Origin: the human T2T-CHM13v2.0 reference genome, Homo sapiens | Length of the DNA stretch: 64,000 bases | Direction: 5' to 3' (one strand) | NCBI RefSeq assembly: GCF_009914755.1 | Contig: NC_060938.1 | Shown here: positions 42,418 through 55,923 of the stretch, one piece after another | Numbering within the stretch: position 1 is the stretch's first letter | Layout of the letters: each line of letters opens with the position of its first letter | Made by a program: the position numbers and the translations under genes | Notes under the pieces: generated by a model | Database searches by the model: none | What the model was told of the DNA's origin: nothing | What the model saw: only the letters and a program-made list of their open reading frames with translations

Positions 42418-44972
42418 CCACCCCACAGCCACAGTCCACAGGCACACCACTGCTCCCTGAGGCAGCCTTGGCCCTGGCCTGGGCTAGGGCAAAATTAGAG
42501 AATTTTAAAATTTTGGGAAAATGGCAGATAGGCAGGACTAACTTGCAGCTCCCACTCAGACAGACAGAGAAGCGTGTGGAGACCCATATCATGAACTTTT
42601 GCTCCAATAACTACTACAGGAACATACCAGGAAAGCCAAGATAATCCACAGACCCTTTGAACTTCAACTTCAGGCTCCATGGGACAGCCAAGGAACTCCA
42701 AAGACAAAGAAAATAACTTCTTGGGAGCTCTGTGGCCCCACCCACCTCCTGATCCTCCCTGTACTGCCACAGCTGATGTGCTCTTGAAAGCACCACCTCC
42801 TGGCTGAAGGCCAACCAACACAAAACCAATGCAACACAACAAAAATACTACCAAGCACCTCACAGAGTCCACTTTACTCCCCTGCTACCTCCACTTGAGC
42901 AGGTGCTGGTATCCATGGCTGAGAAACCTGAAGATGGATCACATCACAGGACTCTTTCCAGACACTCCTCAGTACCAGCTTGGAGTCTGGTAGCTCTGCT
43001 GGGTGGCTGATCCAGAAGAGAAATAACAATCACTGCAGTTCAGCTCTCAGGAAGGCCTAAATCTAGGAGAAAGTGCAGAGCACTATGTCAAAGCAGCACC
43101 CGGTGGGACAAAATAATCTAAACAACAGTCTTTGAGCCCCAGATCTTCCCTCTGACATAGTCTACCCCAATGAGAAGAAACCAGAAAAACAATTCTGGTA
43201 ATATGACAAAACAGAGTTCTTTAACACCCCCAAAAGATCACAGTAGCTCAACAGGAATGGATCCAAACCAAGACAAAATCTCTAAATTGCTAGAAACAGA
43301 ATTCAAAAGGTTGACTATTAAGCCAGTGAAGGAGATACCACAGAAGGGTGAAGTCCATCTTAAGGAAATGAAAAAAGTAATATAAATGGAAACATCTCCA
43401 GTGAAATTGATAGCCTAAATAAAAAACAATCACAACTTCTGGAAAAGAAGGACACACTTAGAGAATTGCAAAATCCATTGGAAAGTCTCAGCAATAGAAT
43501 TGAACAAGTAGAAGAAAGAACCTCAAAGCTTGAAGACAAGGGTTTTGAATTAAGCCAATCCTACAAAGACAAATAATAAAGAATAATAAAAAAAAATGAA
43601 CAAAGGCTCCAGGAAGTTTAGGATTATGTTAAACAAGTAAACCTAAGAATAGTTGGTATTCCCAAGGAAGAAGAGAAATCTAAAAGTTTGGAAAACATAT
43701 TTGAGGGAATAATAGAAGACAACTTTCCCAGCCTTGCTAGAGATCTAGACATCCAAATACAAGAAGCTCAGAGAGCACCTGGGAAATTCATTGCAAAAAG
43801 ATCATCACCTAGGCACACAGTCATCAGGTTTTCTAAACTCAAGACGAAGGAAATAGTCTTTAGAGCTGTGAGGCAAAAGCATCAAATAACCTATAAAGGA
43901 AAACCTTAACAGATTAAGAGCAGATTTCTCAGTAGAAACCCTACGAGCTAGAAGGGATTGGGGTCCTATCTTTAGTCTCCTTAAACAAAACAATTATCAG
44001 CCAAGAATTTTGTATCCAGCAAAACTAAGCTTCATAAATGAAGAAAAGATAGTCTTTTTCAGACAAATGAATGCTGAGAGAATTTGCCACTACTAAGCCA
44101 GCACTACAACAACTGCTAAAAGGAGCTCTAAATCATGAAACAAATCCTCAAAATACACCAAAATAGAACCTTCTTAAAGTGTAAATCTCACAGGACCTAT
44201 AAAACAATAATAATAATAATAAACTACAAGGTATTCAGGCAATAAATAGCATGATTAACAGAATAGAACCTCACATCTCAATATTAATGTTGAATGTAAA
44301 TGGCCTAAATGCTCCATCTAAAAGGTACAGAATGGCAGAATGGATAAGAATTCACCAATCAAGCATCTTCTGTCTTCAAGAGACTCACATGACACATGAC
44401 TCACATAAGGAATTACATAAACTTAAGGTAAAGGGTTGGAAAAAGATATTCCAGGAAAATGGACACAAAAGCAGGCAGGAGTAGCTATTCTTATATTAGA
44501 CAAAACAAACTTTAAAAGTACAGCAGTTAAAAAAGACAAAGAGGGACATTATACAATGGTAAAAGAACTAGTCCAACAGGAAAATATTTCAATCCTAAAT
44601 ATATACGCATCTAACACTGGAGCTCCCAAATTTATAAAACAATCACTACTAGACCTAAGAAATGAGATAGACGGCAACACAATAATAGTGGAGGACACTA
44701 GACAGGTCGTCAAGACAAAAAGCCAATACAGACACAATGGATTTAAACTATACCCTAGAACAAATAGACTTCACAGCTATTTACAGAACCTTCTACTCAA
44801 CAACTGCAGAATGTATATTCTATTCGTGAGCACATTGAACAGTATCCAAGATAGACCATATGATAGGCCACAAAACAAGTCTCAACAAATTTAAGAAAAT
44901 CAAAGTTATAGCAAGTACTCTCTGTGACTACAGTGGACTAAAATTGGAAATCAACTCCAAAAGGAGCCCTCA

Positions 44973-45491
<519 letters not shown>

Positions 45492-48245
45492 TCATAGCAT
45501 TAAATGCCTACATCCAAAAGTCTGAAAGAGCACAAATAGACAATCTAAGGTCACACCTCTAGGAGCTAGAGAAACAAGAAAAAACCAAACCCAAATGCAT
45601 CCGAAGAAAAGGAATAACCAGAATTAGAGCAGAACCAAATGAAATTGAAACAAGCCAACAAAATATAAAAGAGAAATAAAACAAAAAGCTGGTTCTTTGA
45701 AAAGATAAGTAAAATTTATATACCATTAGAGAGATTAACCAAGCAAAGAAGAGAGAAGATCCAAATAAGCTCAATTAGAAATGAAACAGGAGACATTACG
45801 ACTGATACCATAGAAATACAAAAGATCATTCAAGGCTACTATGAACAGCTTTATGTGCTAAACAAGAAAACCTAGAGGAGGTGGATAAATTTCTGGAATA
45901 TACAACACTCCTAGATTAAATCAGAAAGAAACAGAAACTTTGAACAGACCAATAACAAGCAGCGAGATTGAAAAAGTGATTAAAAAGTTACCAACAAAAA
46001 AAGTTTAGGACCAGATGGACTAGCAGCTGAATTCTCTCAGACATTCAAAGAAGAATTGGTACCAATCCTATTGACACTATTCCAAAAGATAAAGAGGGAA
46101 TCCTCCCTAAGTCATTCTATGAAGCCAAATTGCCCTAATAACAAAATCAGAAAAAGACATAATAAAAGAAGAAAACTACAGACCAACCTTCCTGATGAAC
46201 ACAGATGCAAAAAATCCTCAACAAACTACTAGCTAACTGAATCCAACAGCATATCAAAAAGATAATCTGCCTTGATCAAGTGGGTTTCATACCAGGGATG
46301 CAGGGATGTTTTAACATCCACAAGTCAATAAATGTATACACCACATAAACATAATTAAAAACAAAAATCACATGATCATCTCAATAGATGCAGAAAAAGC
46401 AGTTGACAAAATCCACCATCTCTTTATGATTAAAACCCTCAGCAAAATGGACATTAAAGGGACGTACCTTAAGGTAATAAAAATCATCTATGACAAACCC
46501 ACAGCCAACATCATACTGAATGGGGAAAAGTTTAAAGCATTCCCTCAGAGAACTGGAGCAAAACAAGGATGCCCACTTTCACGACTTCTCAACATAGTGC
46601 TGGAAGTCCTAGCCACAGCAGTCAGACAAGTGAAAGAAATAAAAGGCACCGAAATTGCTAAAGAGGAAGCCAAACTGTTGCTGTTTGCTGATAACATGAT
46701 TGTATATCTAGAAAATCCTAAAGACTCATCTAAAAACTTCCTAGAACTGGTAAATGAATTCAGCAAAGTTTTAGGATACAAAATTAAAATACACAGTCAG
46801 TAGCTTTGCTATACACCAATAGCAGCCAAGCTGAGAACCATATCAAGAACTCAACTGCTTTTACAATAGCTGCAAAAAAATAAAATACTTAGGAATATAC
46901 TTAACCAAGGAGGTGAAAGACCTCTACAAGGAAAACTACAAAACACTGCTGAAAGAAATCATAGATGACACAAACAAATGGAAACACATCTCATGCTTAT
47001 AGATGGGTAGAATCAGTATTGTGAAGATGACCATACTGCCAAAAGCAATCTACAAATTCAATGCAATTTCCATTAAAATGCCACCATCCTTCTTAACAGA
47101 ACTAGAAAAAGCAGTCTTAAAATTCATATGAAACCAAAAAAGGCCACATAGTCAAAGCCAGACTAAGTAAAAAGAACAAATCTGGAGGCATTACATTACC
47201 AGACTTCAAACTACACTATAAAGCCACAGTCTCTAAAACAGCACGGTACTGGTGTAAAAACAGGCATATAGACCAATGGAGCAGAATAGAGAGCCCAGAA
47301 ATAAAGCCAAACACTTACATTCAACCAATCTTTGACAAAGGAAGCAAAAACAAAAAACAGGGAAAAGACACCCTATTCAACAATGATGCTGGGATAATTG
47401 GAAAGCCACATGTAGAAGAATGAAAATGGATCCTCATCTTTCACCTTATACAAAAATCACCTCACGATGGATCAAAGACTTAAATCGAGTCCTGAATCCA
47501 TAAAATTTCTAGAAGAAAACGCTGGAAACACCCTTCTGGATACTTGCTTAGGCAAAGACTGCACAAGCAAGAACCCAAAAGAAAACACAACAAAAATAAA
47601 GATAAACAGACGGGACTTAATTACATAAAAACTTTTGCACAGCAAAAGAAATAAATTAGCAAAGTAAACAGACAACCCAGAGTGGGAGAAAATCATCACA
47701 ATCTAGACACCCAACAAAACACCAATCTCCAGAATCTACAAGGAACTCAAACAAATCATCAAGAACAAAACAAACAATCACATCAAAAAGTGGGCAAAGA
47801 ACGTGAATAGATAATTCTCAAAAGAAGATATACAAATGGCCAACAAACATATGAAAAAATGCTTAACATCACTATTTAACAGGGAAATGCAAATCAAAAC
47901 CAAAATGCGGTATCACCTTACTGCTGCAAGAATGACCATAATCAAAAAACCAAAAATAATAGATGTTGGCGTGGATGTGGTGTAAAGGGAACATTTTTAC
48001 ACTGTTGGTGGGAATGTAAACTAGTATAACCACTATGGAAAACTGTGGAGATTCCTTAAAGAGCTAGAAGTATATCTACCACTTGATCCAGTAATCCCAC
48101 TCCTCTGTATCTACACAGAGGAAGAAAAGTCATTGTACAAAAAAGATACTTGCACATGCATGTTCATAGCAGCACAATTCTCAATTGCAAAAATATGGAA
48201 CCAGCCCAAATGCCCATCAATCAATGAGTGGATAAATAAAATGTG

Positions 48246-48247
<2 letters not shown>

Positions 48248-48287
<40 letters not shown>
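48248..48287. repeat. (CA)n microsatellite
   Basis: About 20 units at the end of L1 ORF2. Confidence 0.95.
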
Positions 48288-48289
<2 letters not shown>

Positions 48290-48293
48290 TGGA

Positions 48294-48635
48294 TGATATG
48301 GTTTGGCTGTGTTCCTTCCCAAATCTCACCTTGAATTGTACTTCCCGTAATCCCCATGTGTTGTAGGAGGAACCAGATGTGTGGTAATTGAATCATGAGG
48401 GTGGTTACATCTATTGTTCTCATGATAGTGAGTGAGTTCTCACGAGATCTGATGGTTTTAAAAGGGGCTTTTCCCCTTTTGCTTGGCACTTCTTCCTGCT
48501 GCCATGAGAAGAAGGACATGTTTGCTTCCCCTTCCACTGTGATTGTAAGTTTCCTGAGGCCTCCAAAGCCCTGCAGAACTGAGTCAATTAAAGTTCTTTC
48601 CTTTGTAAACTACCCAATGTTGGGTAGTACTTTAT
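48294..48635 (+). mobile_element. THE1D-like LTR, 3'-truncated
   Basis: 'tgatatggtttggctgtg...gtgagtgagttctcacgagatctgatgg...gaagaaggacatgtttgcttcccc'; lacks the terminal gactaataca. Confidence 0.88.
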
Positions 48636-49799
48636 GTTTGTCCTGTTAAATTAAATCTGGTTAGATTTGGCCTATTGGTGCAGACAGGTGTGACCTTTTT
48701 GTGATCTAATTCAGTTATTTACCATTAATGGCATTTCCTACCTTCAAATTGTCTGAAAATTTGATCACTGGGCCACAAATACCCTCATTCAAGTTGTCAG
48801 TAAGAGCTTGAAGTAGTTAGGGACAAGGTCGGTGCTCTGGGGAATGCTTTTGGAAATCTCTGTCCGGGGTGACTTTGACTCATAACTCAGCATTCTTTGG
48901 GTTTGGTTCTATGTGTACTTTTGAGCAGTTGCTTTATTCATCTTGTCCATAAGGACATCATGACTGCTGAAATGCAGATTTTTAGTACCTATAGCAGTTC
49001 TGAGATTTTTACCACATTACGAATCTTAGGAAAAAATGTTTGTCATGAGTGTTCTTGAATTCAGTGTAATTCCTTGTGATCACAATTTTCTAAGTGTTTA
49101 ATATATTTAAAATAATTCTAGAGATTTTCCTAGAATCAATGGTGGATTTATTTGCCACCCATTTTGTTTTATATAATTTATATTCTTCCCTTTGTTGAAA
49201 ATCAGTGGGGGAAAAGATATTCTCCAGATTTCTGGCACCTGTTCTCTTTTCTGTGGGATGCCATTGCTAATCTTAGAAAAGTTTCAGAAAAAGGATAAAA
49301 CTGGAAACCAGATTTCAAGGTGCTGAGTTAATTAGAGGGGAATAAAAGCTGGATCTTAGGTTTAATAATGCTTTTCCTTAATATGTACAAAGCATTTTTG
49401 TGTTTTGAGTTCAGCCATAAGAATACAAACTTCAGTCCATTAGGAAATTTATGTGTAGAGAACCCTTTGGCCAATTCCTGGCACTTCTCCTTTCCGTCAG
49501 ATGGTTATTTCACAATAGCACAATTTATTGAATTTGGCACATTGTCATCTTTTTTTTTTTTAACATGAATACAAATCATGCTGTTTCAAATATCTCTTTG
49601 ACAATTACAATTGCCTGGAAATGTAAGATTATCAGAAAAGGTACATCATAAGAGTTGTACCTAATGAAGAATTTTAACTATTAGTCTTCTAAAGGTTATT
49701 ATTTCAGTCTTTTATTTCTTTTATTAATCTAGTACACATTTATTAAACATTTCTTTTGTATTATGAGTGATACTGTCTGTATGTGTGAAAGTAATTTTG

Positions 49800-50485
49800 T
49801 TTTTTTTCCTTTTTTTATTATTATTTTATTTTATTTTATTATTATTATACTTTAAGTTTTAGGGTACATGTGCACAATGTGCAGGTTAGTTACATATGTA
49901 TACATGTGCCATGCTACTGTGCTGCACCCATTAACTTGTCATTTAGCATTAGGTATATCTCCTAATGCTATCCCTACCCCCTACCCCCACCCCACAACAG
50001 TCCCCAGAGTGTGATGTTCCCCTTCCTGTGTCCATGTGTTCTCATTCTTCAATTCCCACCTATGAGTGAGAATATGCAGTGTTTGGTTTTTTGTCCTTGT
50101 GATAGTTTACTGAGAATGATGATTCCCAATTTCATCCATGTCCCTACAAAGGACATGAACTCATCATTTTTTATGGCTGCATAGTATTCCGTGGTGTATA
50201 TGTGCCACATTTTCTTAATCCAGTCTATCATTGTTGGACATTTGGGTTGGTTCCAAGTCTTTGCTATTGTGAATAGTGCCACAATAAACATACGTGTGCA
50301 TGTGTCTTTATAGCAGCATGATTTATAGTCCTTTGGGTATATACCCAGCAATGGGATGACTGGGTCAAATGGTATTTCTAGTTCTAGATCCCTGAGGAAT
50401 TGTCACACTGACTTCCACAATGGTTGAACTAGTTTACAGTCCCACCAACAGTGTAAAAGTGTTCCTATTTCTCCACATCCTCTCC
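49800..50485 (-). mobile_element. 5'-truncated L1PA (L1PA3-like) 3' end
   Basis: Canonical antisense L1PA 3' UTR 'ttatactttaagttttagggtacatgtgcac'; ORF2 C-terminus (ORF 50049-50351). Confidence 0.95.
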
Positions 50486-51113
50486 TCAATCTTTTATTCT
50501 TAAAGGGTAAGAGGCTTGTGAGAGGTTTACTTAGTTCCTGCACTCAGCTTTGGTTTGACCAAATGCATAACTGAGCTTCTCTTTATCATTCTGAGACTCA
50601 GCTGCAGCAACACTAGAGTTGGCAGTGTTGGCCGAGTACCTCTTCCTAGTACTGTACGAGATATTTTAATTCACATTTTGGCAAGAGGAGATTCCAGCAT
50701 CTGCTGATTGAAACCCAGGATTCAGGGACCTGAAATGGATTATGTAGCCCGTTTCTAGTACAATGTTAAAACAGATCACTCCAAGTCTAGAAAGTTTTGT
50801 ATTATCTGGGCTGCTTTTTTAAACACCAAGATCAAAGTTAACCCTATAAACATTCCTTACATTATGGCACAGATGTCTTTGTGAAGAGTTGGTAGAAATT
50901 GAGTAGAAGACTGGATTATATTTTATAGGAACTCTGGTGACTTACTTATAAGTTAAAGGTATGCTATTAAGATCTTTATTTTGTTTGAAAGAACACTCTC
51001 TAATATATCTTCTGTGTAGCTGTGGATTTTTATTTGATAATTTTTCTTAAAATAGATTTTTTTAAAGTCACCTGACTCTGCTTCTTTAAGACAGACTATA
51101 AAAACAACGGAAA

Positions 51114-51416
51114 CCGGGCACGGTGGTTCATGCCTGTAATCCCAGCATTTTGGGAGGCTGGGGTGGGTGGATCACCTCAGGTCAGGAGTTCGAGACCAGC
51201 CTGGCCAACATGGTGAAAACCCGTCTCTACTAAAAATACAAAAATTAGCTGGGTGTGGTGGCGGGTGCCTGTAATCCCAGCTACTTTCAGGAGGCTGAGG
51301 CAGGAGAATTGCTTGAACTTGGGAGGCGGAGGCTGCAGTGAGCCGAGTTCGCGCCATTGCACTCCAGTCTGGGCAACGAGCGAAATTCTGTCTCAAAACA
51401 AACAAACAACAAAAAA
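51114..51416 (+). mobile_element. Alu (AluS-type)
   Basis: TSD aaaaacaa(c/t)gga. Confidence 0.95.
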
Positions 51417-51871
51417 CAATGGAGCACTCTGGAAGTCAGCTTTTTAGGACCACATGCTGTGACATCTGACACTTGGCATCCTTAATGTTGAGGGCACTTT
51501 CTTTGGGAGGTACATTGGCCTATTTCTAAGAAAAATATATATCATAATTATTGTATAAAACAGTTACTGATCTTTTTTTTTTTTAAAGATGGTAGTAAGT
51601 TGAGAAAATTCAAGTAAACATTAAGTAAACTTTAAATATTAAGTAAAGCTTTATTTTAAAAGCTGTTAGAAGTTTCTTTTCTGGCTGTTTAGATAATGCT
51701 GGGTAAAGACATTATTTTACAATAAGTAAGTGATTTGAAGAGAATAAAATGATATATTTGGTATAATCAACATTAATGCAATCATAAATAATAGAAAACT
51801 CTCATGTTTGGAACACATAGTTTAGATTTTAAGGTAATTTGAATATATCATGTGTGATTACTTAGAGATCA

Positions 51872-52520
51872 ACTATTCTCAGCCCTGGCTGTGCATTAGA
51901 ATTACTGAGGAACATTTTAAAAATACTGATGTCTGGGTCTCACACTCGGAGATTCTGATTTAATTTGGGAAGTGGATCAGACTCTATATTCTCAGAGATC
52001 CATGGGGAAATTCTAATGTATAGTCAAAGCTGGGAACCACCAGTATAAAACCTTGCAACTTAGAGTGTGGGCCATAGACAGTGTTAGCCTCACCTACAGC
52101 TTATTAAAAATACAAACTCTCAGGCCCCACCTTAGACTTTCTGAATCAAAGTCTGCATTTTAAGGTGAGGTAAGGTAGCTGACACCTGTAATCCCAGAAC
52201 TTTGGGAGGCTGAGGTGGGCAGATTGCTTGAGGTCAGGAGTTCGAGAGCAGCCTGGCCAACATGGTGAAACCCCGACTCTACTAAAAAAAAAATACAAAA
52301 ATTAGCCAGGCGTGGTGGCGGGTGCCTGTAATCCCAGCTACTCAGTAGGCTAAGGCAGGAGAATTGCTTGAGCCTGGGAGCAGAGGTTGCAGAGAGCTGA
52401 GATTGTACCACTGCACTCCAGCCTGGGTGAGAGTGAGACTCTGTTTCAAAAAACAAACAAACAAGCAAGTCTGTATTGTAACTAGGTTGCAGATTCATTT
52501 GCAACATGTTTTTCATAGCA
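51872..52520. mobile_element. Two adjacent MER5 (B/A) relics, the second split by an Alu
   Basis: 'ttctcagccctggctgtgcattagaattactgagg...gagattctgatttaattt' and 'aaatacaaactctcaggccccaccttagactttctgaatcaaagtctgcatttta'. Confidence 0.75.
52170..52465 (+). mobile_element. Alu (5' end degenerate)
   Basis: Approximate TSD aagtctgcatttta/aagtctgtattgta. Confidence 0.9.
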
Positions 52521-52887
52521 CTTTGACTTTAAAAGTGCTTTCATAGTCATTTTTCTGTTCATTTGTGTATTTTGTGTGTGTGTAGGGGGGGTCCATTTAT
52601 TAAGTATCTGGTGGGAGTGGACACTGTTGTAGATACTGAGAAACATAAAAGTAGGAATAAGATTTGGGCCTCCCTTTCAAGTAAGTTGCAAAGGAGTGGG
52701 GTGGAGGTGGGGTAGAAACAGATCTGGTGAGCAGATTGGGACCAGAGATGTAAAACAGCTGTGCTATGGAGCTATTGATAGCCTTTTGGGAGGAGAAGGA
52801 ACAGGGGATACCCCTCCCTTCTCTACCCCATCTTCACTCAGGGAGTGGGATTTGAGCTGAGTTTTTCAAATAGAAGTAGGCATAGGA

Positions 52888-53103
52888 CTGGTGGTTCCTA
52901 AAATGTGATTCCTGGCCAGCAGCATCTGCATCCCCTGAGAACATGTTAGAAATGCCATTTGTTGGGCCCTTTCCAGACTTAATGAATTACAAACTGAGGG
53001 TAGGGACCAGCCATCTGTTTTGTATTTTTTTTTTAACATGCCCACCATGGGGGGGAGGGTGGGGGGGGATTATGATACACATCACCCAAGTTTGAGAACA
53101 CTG
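52888..53103. mobile_element. MER5A
   Basis: 'gtggttcctaaaatgtgattcctggccagcagcatctgcatcccctgagaacatgttagaaatgc...aagtttgagaacactg'. Confidence 0.85.
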
Positions 53104-53819
53104 GATGCAAGCATTTTCCATACAGAGAAGAGAGGAAGGAGCATTGCACACCATTGAAAAAGTATCCCCCAAATCAGAGGAAAGGTCATTTGTAGCATTC
53201 TGTGAAGTTTGTCATGGCTTGAACTTAAAGTAAGTTGAACATAGTAAGCTGACTATACTAGGAATTTCCCCCAAATTTTGCTCAGATCCATGTATTTTTA
53301 TTGTTCCGGAAAGCTTAATCTTTCCCTTTTAGGTCATTGGATCATTAATTACATTTAAAGAAAAAGCTTTGTGTTTGGTTGTATTTATTTATTTTTCTGA
53401 AAATTAAATTATGAAGTTGGCTGAACACTTTTTTTTATAATTGGAATGTTATAACTAGAAGATTTCTGTAGAAATGCATGGGAAGACTGAAGCATAGGGA
53501 CATCCCTATTTGCCTTTAAATAAGCCTAGTTTAAATGGTCTTTCTTGGAGTGTAGCTGAATTTACATTGTCTGTGATCTTCTGTGATAGAGTGAATCCAT
53601 ATGAACCAAAACCTCCAGGTCCAAACAACTTTAATAATGTTAGTTTTTCCCATTTATATATTTTCTTGTCATAATAACCAGCATAGAGCAAACATTTTTT
53701 ACTTTCCTTTTTCTCCTTCTCAAGTTGAACTGCTAATTGGCACCTTGGAGGCCAACGGGGGTCACTGAAGGGAGGAAAAGGGCTGGATAATGAATCAGGA
53801 AATAGGGTTCAAAGGGAAT

Positions 53820-53990
53820 TCCCATTCCAGTGCTGGAAATAACCATAGAGATCACACAATCCAGCCTTTTCACATCAGAGGCCTCTGAGAGCTTAAATGA
53901 GTTGCCTAGGGTCACATTGTAATGTAGGAGCTGGAAACAGAAACCATGTTTCCCAACTCCTTGCTGAGTGTTCTTTCTACTGCTTCATAG
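53820..53990 (-). mobile_element. MIR
   Basis: 'gcttaaatgagttgcctagggtcacat...ccaactccttgctgagtgttctttctactg'. Confidence 0.7.
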
Positions 53991-54133
53991 ATAGAGGTAG
54001 ACTGTATCCTCATGGGGAAACACACACACTATGTGGGTGTTGCTGTAGAACATAATGATTGATTTTTCCCTTTGCCATGTGTAAGGGGCTAGTAATAGAC
54101 CAGATCTCATCCAATTTGATAGCTTTAACTATA

Positions 54134-54735
54134 TGTAAGGTACATGGATGTTCTTTGGTCAAGGTTAGGCCAAGGCAGACATCCAGGCCTGCATGATTCA
54201 GTGGGTTTAGGGTGCAGGCTCATACTCCATTTGTTATCACCTGTTTGTGTAAGTTCATTCTTGGCTTGGAGCTGCTGTTGTCTTTAAAAGGTATAACTGC
54301 CCGGCTGACAGTATTGCATGGGGCTTGGCTCTTAGGCATGGCTCAGCATGGCTCTTGTACTGGTGCCCAGAGAAACAGAGAGAGAACCAGAGCTGTCTTG
54401 TCTTGTGGACGGACAGAGGGGAGCCAAGTCATGGCTTGGCTTGTCTCTCGTGCCCAGGGAAACAGAGAAAGAGTTAAGCTGCTGACCCTGAAAGCAGGGG
54501 AGAACCGGCTGTGCAGCTGTGTGTGTGGGAGCAGTTCAGAGCAAGCAGCCGAGACAGGGAGGACAGTGCGAGAGAGACAGTGTAAGTAAGCTGCTGATGA
54601 GAAAGCTGTTGATGAGAGCTGCTGCTGAATAAAATCATCTTTCACCTGCCTAAGGCTCCCTGAGTGTTCTTTCTCTTCATCCATCTACTCTCTTTGGACC
54701 TCAACATGACAATTGGCATAGTCATGAACCTGACA
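54134..54735 (+). mobile_element. LTR18B-like (ERVL) solo LTR
   Basis: tgtaaggtacatggatg...aataaa...gaacctgaca with perfect 5-bp TSD ctata. Confidence 0.88.
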
Positions 54736-54829
54736 CTATATATTGGTTGTTATGTCCCAAATCATCTTTGAAATGAATTAAAGTGTGAATAGATAATAAA
54801 AAGCAAATAAAATCAATCAACCCAATACT

Positions 54830-55620
54830 GACTTCCCTACTAAGGCCAAGGTTATATATCTAATAGCCTCCTGAACAGGTGTACCTGGACATTTCATATA
54901 GGCATTAAAAAATAAACATTTCCCAAATTGCATATTTACTCCCCTAAAACTTGCCCCCCACCTTTAGATTCTGTCATTGTTTACTCAGAACCTTGAGAAT
55001 CATCCTCAACTCTTCCTTTTTCTCTCACTTCACATGTACACTCAATCACTAGCTTTGTCAATTTTATCTCCTGTCAACCTTAGCTCTTAAACAGTTTTCA
55101 AGTCCAATGTGTTCTCATCACTTGCACTTCCACTGCCCTAAATCAGTCCACTAATACCCCTTATCTGGTCTATTGCAATGGTCTTCATCCTGGTTTTTCC
55201 TCCTCCAGGCTTGTGGTTGAAAGTTTCTCTTTCATACTGTTTTCAGCATGATCTTTCTAAAGCGCAAAGCAGACCACACCATAGCCTATTTTACAATAAC
55301 CCTCCATCACTGATAAGACAAAACTTTAGAATGGCACAGACAACTCTATAATTTGACCTCTGCTTATAACGTTATGTCCATCTCTGGTAACTCTTATCTA
55401 TATACCCATGTCCATCAAGATGAGACTACTTGTAGCTACCAAAACATCTTATTCACCAACTTATTTGACTGCCTGGTGAAAGCTTGTTCATTCAGAACAC
55501 AACTCAGACATCACCATTTCATTGACATTGTCTCTGACATCTCCCCACTTTCCTCCAAAGCTAGAGTGAATTGCCTTCTCTGTACCTCTGAGCCTTACAC
55601 ATCTTTACACTTGCATATAA
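54830..55620 (+). mobile_element. L2 fragments
   Basis: 'gaaccttgagaatcatcctcaactcttcc...ctattgcaatggtcttc...atctttctaaagcgcaaagcagaccac'. Confidence 0.7.
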
Positions 55621-55923
55621 TTTTCTTCAACATTTTATGAGGAAAATTTTCAAGCAGAAAAGTTGAAAGAATTTTGCAGTGATCACACAATTAATGTTTT
55701 ATTGTGCTTACTTTGTCACATCTCTCTCTCTATCCATCAATCCACGTTTTTAGAAAAATGCTTTTCAAAGTAAGTTGCAGATATCAATATACTTTTTTCC
55801 AAATAACTCAGAATACATATCACTCAGAGTTCCTACATAACATATAGAGTTCTATATTTGTTTGTAATTCTTATTTTAAAATTTCATGTTAAATTTATGT
55901 ACAATGAAATGTGAAATGCACAA

